Below are positions 58,087-64,000 of a stretch of 64,000 nucleotides of DNA, piece by piece; the first letter of the stretch is position 1; each line of letters starts with the position of its first letter. This DNA is from Pontiella sp. (GTDB lineage: Bacteria; Verrucomicrobiota; Kiritimatiellia; Kiritimatiellales; Pontiellaceae). Under the pieces are notes generated by a model. The model saw only the letters and a list, made by a program, of their open reading frames with translations. It had not been told where the DNA came from and ran no database searches. The position numbers and the translations under genes are program-made. The stretch is taken from NCBI GenBank assembly GCA_050290185.1, contig JBNKHE010000003.1, positions 192,001 to 256,000 of the forward strand, read 5' to 3'.

Positions 58087-60237
58087 TTACGGAATGACGA
58101 TTTCAGCACATGCGGCGGCGGCAGGATCCAGCCGCTCTGATAACGTTTCCTCGATCACTCCGGATTCGCGTTTGACTCGATCGGAGAAACGTTGTTCACC
58201 ATTGATGTTTACGGTGACCGGCTGGTCCAGATTGATCAAGCCGTCCGAAAGCCGGATGCGCATGCCGGACGGAATGTCGCCCTCGAGATCGATGTGCTGC
58301 TGTTCGACGGTCGCGAGGATCTTTTGTCCCTTGGTTGCGGAACCTTCCGGAAGTTTCAGCCAGTAGAAGCGATTGTGGATAACATCGTCCTGAAGCCAGA
58401 CGATTTTGGTTGGCCATGGATTGCGCTCATAGTCTTCCATCCAAGGCAGGGCCTCCTGGTCCTTGCCGTTCATCCAGTGTCCCATGCCGTCGTAGATCCG
58501 GGTCCTATGGACATAGCCGTCCTTGTCTTCTCTGTGGAGCTTGTCAAGTTGCTTGGCCCTCTTCTCGACCACTTTGCTTCGGTCGTAGGCGTTGTCGTCC
58601 GCGCCCACAAAGATGGCAAACGGCAGGTTCCGGAGTCCGAGAACGGAACTTTCATTGGGATGGCCCGCCATCATGGCAGCGGCGGCAAAGCGGTCGGCCA
58701 TGCGCGGTGCCAACTGCCATACACCATCACCGCCGGCGGAGTAGCCCATGAGATAGATCCGGTTGGGATCGACTCCACGCAACGCCACAAAATCTTCGAT
58801 CAGCCGTTGAAACATAGGATCGATATGTGCCTCGTGCCAAAGGTTCCATGTATCGGTTGGCGCGCGGGGAGCGATGTAGATTCCTTCCTTTGGCTGGTAG
58901 AGGTTGGCTTGGTTTTGCCATTGCTGGTCGTTGAGCTCGCTCGGTGCATTGCCGCCTCCATGCATGGAGATCCAAAGACAGTGTCCGTTTGCGGGGGCCT
59001 TGCCAAAGGTCCGTTCCTCCCATTTCATGGTTTTGCCATCAAACTCGATGGCCTTGGCTTCCATCTCGGATTCGCGTTCCGGGCTCGTTTGATCCAGCAG
59101 CCGCCTGTAAATCCTTTGGATTTCGTCGGAGATTTTCGCCTTTCGAAGGACTTTGATTTCGCTCAATTCCTTTGGGGAGATTTTCATTTCATCGAAGCCG
59201 TCCCTAGCGGTAAACACGCTCGTTTCATAATTGCCGAACCGGATGCGATAGGAATTTCCAGGCGTGACGGATAGACGCGGCATGTCGTTCAGATCGGCGT
59301 CTTCCCCCTTGGTTTGAAAGGATTGCACCACGATGCCCGCTGGCGTGGTCAGGGCACCCTTTCGGGCAACCCGTGTTCCGTCCGGCGCGTAGAGTCGCAC
59401 CCCTAGCTCCGGCGAGGCCGGAGTGGGTTGCGCATAGCGGGAGGTGATGTTGACCGCCGCCACCGTTTTGTTGCCCTCTGCCCAGACCATGGGGAAATGG
59501 AGCCCGGTTTTCTTCCATGAGGTGGCATAGATGGCATGTTCGGGAACATCCTCTATCGCGGCGCCGGCATCGGCAACAAACCAGCCATGGTCGGGGCCTT
59601 CGGTGGTGTATTCGTCCGCGCCCATGAAATGCCATCCCTCATCCCAAAACTCCACCCAGGTATGGTTGCCATGCTTATTGCTCCAATTCGGGGTGCCTAC
59701 GGCACGTGCGGGGATTCCTGCCGCCCGGCAGGCATCGACCAGCAGGATGGACAGCCCGGTGCAGGAGGCATTGCCGGTTTTCATCGATTCGGACGGACTT
59801 TGGTCTGGACGTTCCCGCTCCGTGCTGTAGTGGACCCCAACGGCATCGAAGAAATCCCGGTTGAGCCTTTGGGCGGCTTCGGTTGACGTTTCGGCATCCT
59901 TTACAATTACAGATACTTTCTTGAAAAAATCCGTCCGCCACGGTTCGCGAGGTTCATTGAACACCGCATAGGGCAATACATCGTTGAGGAAAAGCTCTTC
60001 AGGAACCAGCTTCGCCCAGGGAAAGGTTGTCCGGGCCTTTAGGGCCAGTTCCAGATTTTCCATCAGGAACGCGGTGTCCAAGGTATTCCGATCCTGTTCC
60101 GGCATGTTCGTCACAAGAAATTCTGCCGCCAGCGTGCCCATTTCTCCATATTGCTGTTTTGCCGATTCCGGAAAGTCGCTTTGAGAGAACGCAACTGCCG
60201 GGGCCGTCAGCAACATGAGAATCACAATTTTTTTCAT
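58087..60237 (-). CDS. Secreted transglutaminase-like domain fused to an alpha/beta-hydrolase
   Basis: Signal peptide; SCTGLS...GIPAR...NHTWVE; GYSAGG nucleophile elbow and GMGHW. Confidence 0.75.
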   Translation of the reverse strand: MKKIVILMLLTAPAVAFSQSDFPESAKQQYGEMGTLAAEFLVTNMPEQDRNTLDTAFLMENLELALKARTTFPWAKLVPEELFLNDVLPYAVFNEPREPWRTDFFKKVSVIVKDAETSTEAAQRLNRDFFDAVGVHYSTERERPDQSPSESMKTGNASCTGLSILLVDACRAAGIPARAVGTPNWSNKHGNHTWVEFWDEGWHFMGADEYTTEGPDHGWFVADAGAAIEDVPEHAIYATSWKKTGLHFPMVWAEGNKTVAAVNITSRYAQPTPASPELGVRLYAPDGTRVARKGALTTPAGIVVQSFQTKGEDADLNDMPRLSVTPGNSYRIRFGNYETSVFTARDGFDEMKISPKELSEIKVLRKAKISDEIQRIYRRLLDQTSPERESEMEAKAIEFDGKTMKWEERTFGKAPANGHCLWISMHGGGNAPSELNDQQWQNQANLYQPKEGIYIAPRAPTDTWNLWHEAHIDPMFQRLIEDFVALRGVDPNRIYLMGYSAGGDGVWQLAPRMADRFAAAAMMAGHPNESSVLGLRNLPFAIFVGADDNAYDRSKVVEKRAKQLDKLHREDKDGYVHRTRIYDGMGHWMNGKDQEALPWMEDYERNPWPTKIVWLQDDVIHNRFYWLKLPEGSATKGQKILATVEQQHIDLEGDIPSGMRIRLSDGLINLDQPVTVNINGEQRFSDRVKRESGVIEETLSERLDPAAAACAEIVIP

Positions 60238-60422
60238 GGAGGGCAACATACTTGAAACGGGGCACGCCGCAAAATGGATTCTGGCGTAAACGCCCCGAAA
60301 AATCCGCATATAGGCGCCGTGGCGAAAATGGCAAAACCTGCCTTCGAGCATCCGGACTTCAATGAGGGATCGCGGCTACAGGCTTGGCGTGCTGACTAAA
60401 ACCTGCCATGCTCTCGCGCATT

Positions 60423-61631
60423 ATGAACAAACGGATTCTGCATTTTGAGAGCATTGGCGGAGCGAGCGGGGACATGATTCTCGGAGCACTCATCGGATTG
60501 GGCGTGCCTGTCGAAGAGCTGAACGAAGAACTCAAGGCGCTCAAGATCGATCCATTCGAGATCATCGTCGAGGACGTGGTCGAACAGGGCATGAGTGGAG
60601 TGCGGGCGCGGGTGGAAGTGCATGAGCATCGACACCACCCGCATCATCACGGCGAGCACGAACATCACCATGGCCGTCACTTGAGCACGATTCTGAAACT
60701 GATTGGTGCCAGCGACCTGCCGGATGCCGTAAAGGCAAATGCCTCGGCCGTTTTCCAGAAGATCGGCGAGGCGGAGGCGGCGATCCACAACATCGACATC
60801 GAAAAGATTCATTTTCATGAAGTCGGGGCGATGGATTCGATCGTCGATATTGTCGGATGCTGTCTGGCCTTGCATAAGCTAGATGTTGGCGGTGTTTCAG
60901 TCCGAAGTCTGCCGCAGGGGCACGGCACGATCGAATGCGCGCACGGCACCTATCCGAATCCCGCACCCGCCACCCTGCGGATGCTGCAAGGTTTCCCGAC
61001 CGAGCAGGTTGACGAACCGTTCGAGCTGGTGACGCCGACCGGTGCCGCGTTGCTGTCGGTGTGGCGAACTGCCGTTTTGCCGGATGTTGGAAGCCTAGCC
61101 GCTCAAACGGCCTACAGTTTCGGGCATCGCCAACTGAGACATCGCCCCAACCTTTTACGTGCCACCATCTACGAATCAACCGAGGATAAGACCATAAACG
61201 AATGCCTGGTGCTGGAATGCAATCTAGACGACAGCACTCCCGAAATAGTCGGTTGTCTTTTCGATCAATTGCTTGAGTCCGGCGCACTTGATGTATTCAC
61301 CACACCGGTTTTCATGAAGAAACAGCGATCAGGCATTTTGCTGACTGTTTTATGCCTTCCCGCCGATCGCGAGCGGATGCTCGATCTCATTTTCCGTGAG
61401 TCGACCACGTTTGGAGTCCGGGAACATTTGACGAACCGCACCGTACTGGATCGCAGTTTCGAGTCCGTCGAAACACCATTTGGCCTGGTGCGCATCAAGA
61501 TCGGTAAGCGCGGCGGCGAAGCCGTTACGGCTTCGCCCGAGATCGAAGATTGCAGGAAATGCGCCTCGCAGGGTGGCGTGCCGGTGAAGAATGTGTATGA
61601 TGCCGCTCTTTCAATTTTCAACGGGAAGTAA
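60423..61631 (+). CDS. larC: Nickel-pincer cofactor biosynthesis protein LarC
   Basis: GASGDMILGAL, His-rich loop, HFHEVGA.DSIVD, MKKQR.G, ESTTFGVR; single ORF, no frameshift. Confidence 0.92.
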   Translation: MNKRILHFESIGGASGDMILGALIGLGVPVEELNEELKALKIDPFEIIVEDVVEQGMSGVRARVEVHEHRHHPHHHGEHEHHHGRHLSTILKLIGASDLPDAVKANASAVFQKIGEAEAAIHNIDIEKIHFHEVGAMDSIVDIVGCCLALHKLDVGGVSVRSLPQGHGTIECAHGTYPNPAPATLRMLQGFPTEQVDEPFELVTPTGAALLSVWRTAVLPDVGSLAAQTAYSFGHRQLRHRPNLLRATIYESTEDKTINECLVLECNLDDSTPEIVGCLFDQLLESGALDVFTTPVFMKKQRSGILLTVLCLPADRERMLDLIFRESTTFGVREHLTNRTVLDRSFESVETPFGLVRIKIGKRGGEAVTASPEIEDCRKCASQGGVPVKNVYDAALSIFNGK

Positions 61632-61634
61632 TAA

Positions 61635-62393
61635 ATGCTGGCTAAACGAATCATACCCTGCCTGGATGTGACCGGCGGGCGCGTTGTGAAAGGCGTGAAT
61701 TTTGTGGATCTGCGCGACGCGGGCGATCCGGTGGAGTGCGCCAAGGCGTACGAAGAGCAGGGCGCGGACGAACTGACTTTTCTCGACATTACGGCATCGA
61801 GCGATGCCCGCGAGACGATGGTCGACATTGTCCGCCGCTGCGCGGAGCAGGTATTTATGCCGTTGACCGTCGGCGGCGGGATCCGCACGGCGGCCGATGT
61901 GCGCCGCATGCTCAAGGCTGGTGCCGACAAGGTTTCGTTCAATACGGCGGCGATCAACAATCCCGACATTCTCAATGAATGCTCCGACATGTTCGGCTCC
62001 CAGTGCACGGTTTTGGCGATTGATGCGCGCCGCAAGGGCGACGGCACGTGGGGCGTCTACACCCACGGTGGACGCAACCCTACAGAACTGGATGCGATCC
62101 AATGGGCGATCGAAGGCACCCAGCGCGGGGCGGGGGAAATTCTGCTGACCAGCATGGATGCCGACGGCACCAAGGATGGCTATGATCTGGATCTGACCCG
62201 GGCAATTTCCGAAGCGGTCAATGTGCCGGTCATTGCATCCGGCGGGGCGGGAACGCTCGACCATTTGGTCGAGGCCGTGACCATAGGTAAAGCTGATGCC
62301 GTACTGGCCGCTTCCATCTTCCACTTTGGGGAATTCACCATCCGCGAGGTGAAGGAATACATGCGCAAAAAGGGCATCGAGGTACGGCTGTAG
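61635..62393 (+). CDS. hisF: Imidazole glycerol phosphate synthase cyclase subunit
   Basis: [38 protein letters not shown]. Confidence 0.97.
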   Translation: MLAKRIIPCLDVTGGRVVKGVNFVDLRDAGDPVECAKAYEEQGADELTFLDITASSDARETMVDIVRRCAEQVFMPLTVGGGIRTAADVRRMLKAGADKVSFNTAAINNPDILNECSDMFGSQCTVLAIDARRKGDGTWGVYTHGGRNPTELDAIQWAIEGTQRGAGEILLTSMDADGTKDGYDLDLTRAISEAVNVPVIASGGAGTLDHLVEAVTIGKADAVLAASIFHFGEFTIREVKEYMRKKGIEVRL

Positions 62394-62515
62394 CCTGAAT
62401 TGTTCATGCGATGCTCGAATAAGTCGCATTCCAAACCACTCGCCTGATGGGGTGGGAGCCCGAGTTCCATTCAACACCTTCCCGTTCGGTGAAGATCGCT
62501 GCTTCGCTTCTTCCC

Positions 62516-63805
62516 ATGAAAACCCTTTCGCCCAAACATGTCGCTGAATTCAACCGCATCCTAGCCACACAGAAGGCGTCCGAGAGGGAGCGGTCCGACT
62601 ATTTGAAGTGGTTAAATTGCTATCTGAGGTTCTGTGAAAAACGGAATTATCTCCCAGGGGATCCGGCGAGTCTTCCGTCATTTATGCAGCAGCTTGCATT
62701 AAGAAAGAAGTCGCATGAAAAGCAGGGGCAGGCTGCTGCGGCCGTGAGCATCTATCTTGAAATGGTGGCACGTCTCGAAAGAATGACGGATCCTGGTGCG
62801 GAGTTGGCGGGCCGGCAAGCGGCTTGGAGGGAATACCTGCAGCGGTTAACGAACGAGATTCTTCTTCGGCACTATTCGCAACGGACGTTGCAGGCCTACC
62901 GCCAATGGGCGCGCAAATTCATGCTGCATTCCGCATTCAAGCATCCCGCAGAGCTGGATAGCGATGACGCACGCCGGTTCCTGACCGATCTTGCCGTAGT
63001 GAAACACGTGGCCGCATCGACGCAGAATCAGGCCTTCAATGCGCTGTTGTTTTTCTATCGCCATGTGCTCAAGGCGGACTACGATCTGAAGGACTCGGTG
63101 GTGCGTGCAAGACGCACGAAATATATCCCGGTTGTCCTGACCCGGGCGGAGGTGGATCGCATTATGACGCATCTGCCATATCCGCACAATCTGGTGGTAA
63201 AGCTCATGTATGGGTGCGGGCTGCGGCTATTCGAGTGTCTCAACCTGCGGGTGCATTGCCTCAATATGACCGATGGCCTTTTAACCGTGCATGACGGGAA
63301 GGGGCGGAAGGACCGTACTTTGCCGCTACCGAAGGTGGTTAGGGGAGAGCTAGAGGATCATCTACGCCGTGTGGAAAAGCTTCTCCGCAAGGATTTGGAT
63401 CGGGGGTATGCGGGAGTTTTCATGCCGGGAGGAATGGATCGGAAATGGAAAAACGCTTCGGTCGAGCTGGGATGGCAGTGGGTGTTTCCTGCCAAAAGGC
63501 CGACACTTGTGCCCGAGTCGGGAGAGTTCCGGCGCTATCATCTTCACGAAGGCCAGTTGCAGGAGTCGTTGCGTCTGGCCAAACGCCAGTCGGGCATCTG
63601 CAAGCGGGTGACTTCCCATGTCTTCCGCCACAGCTTCGCGAGTCACCTGTTGCAGGCCAACTATGACATTCGTACTATCCAGGAAATGCTGGGGCATGCC
63701 GATTTGCGAACCACCATGATCTATACCCATACGGTCAAGAGCCGCACCCTGAAGGAGCGGGAAAGCCCGTTGGATTTTGAACCAGTCCGGGATTGTCCGG
63801 AATAA
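62516..63805 (+). CDS. intI: Integron integrase (tyrosine recombinase) with N-terminal extension
   Basis: ASTQNQAFNALLFFY, YGCGLR, GKGRKDR, integron-specific insertion (GVFMP...W.WVFPA), HVFRHSFASHLL, LGH.D..TTMIYTH. Confidence 0.9.
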   Translation: MKTLSPKHVAEFNRILATQKASERERSDYLKWLNCYLRFCEKRNYLPGDPASLPSFMQQLALRKKSHEKQGQAAAAVSIYLEMVARLERMTDPGAELAGRQAAWREYLQRLTNEILLRHYSQRTLQAYRQWARKFMLHSAFKHPAELDSDDARRFLTDLAVVKHVAASTQNQAFNALLFFYRHVLKADYDLKDSVVRARRTKYIPVVLTRAEVDRIMTHLPYPHNLVVKLMYGCGLRLFECLNLRVHCLNMTDGLLTVHDGKGRKDRTLPLPKVVRGELEDHLRRVEKLLRKDLDRGYAGVFMPGGMDRKWKNASVELGWQWVFPAKRPTLVPESGEFRRYHLHEGQLQESLRLAKRQSGICKRVTSHVFRHSFASHLLQANYDIRTIQEMLGHADLRTTMIYTHTVKSRTLKERESPLDFEPVRDCPE

Positions 63806-63922
63806 TCGTTCATCAGGATGCCATTCACGAAAGTCCCGAAGCTTGCTCAAAGGGCGGTTGCGGGTTGGCAAGGGCGGAATGATTACGTATAGTAGAGACC
63901 TTTTAATATATGAGGAGAGGTA

Positions 63923-64000
63923 ATGAGCAAGGAATTGGAAGAAGGATTGGAACTCGCACTGGATTGGAACAAGCTGGAAAAGGCGGTAGAAGGGACGAAG
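63923..64000 (+). CDS. hisI: Probable phosphoribosyl-AMP cyclohydrolase, N-terminus only (runs off window)
   Basis: RBS GAGGAG; MSKELEEGLELALDWNKL resembles HisI N-termini; position near hisF. Confidence 0.55.
   Translation, partial: MSKELEEGLELALDWNKLEKAVEGTK

Noticed and set aside
62400..62415. LexA box upstream of intI
   Set aside because: TGTTC half-site lacks the matching GAACA half; no CTGT-N8-ACAG either

Overview
Bacterial chromosomal window with dense coding and moderately high GC. The gene content and protein styles suggest a PVC-group anaerobe, probably Kiritimatiellota/Verrucomicrobiota (inference). Most of it is housekeeping: tamAB, Rrf2-cysK, mutM, ahpC, zwf, truA, tRNA-Lys, glgC, lpdA, etfBA-trxB-acyl-CoA dehydrogenase, cimA, valS, lipA, acs, infA, rimK, purN, dut, radC, larC, hisF and hisI. 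The main accessory block is 21.9-30.2 kb. It holds a GspG/PilA-like pilin, then an ~790-nt intergenic region with no credible ORF that is packed with helices (candidate large ncRNA). A convergent PilV/W/X-like cluster and a secreted hexaheme cytochrome with a PVC-type C-terminal domain follow. Four sigma-54 (-24/-12) motifs sit in front of pilus-related genes. Other notable items are a candidate ~133-nt sRNA upstream of cimA, an intact cassette-less integron integrase between hisF and hisI, a BspA-type LRR gene splitting the rimK operon, a Plasmodium-like dUTPase, a degenerate NYN-like protein and several heptamer/REP-like palindromes. All calls come from reading the sequence by eye; no searches were run.
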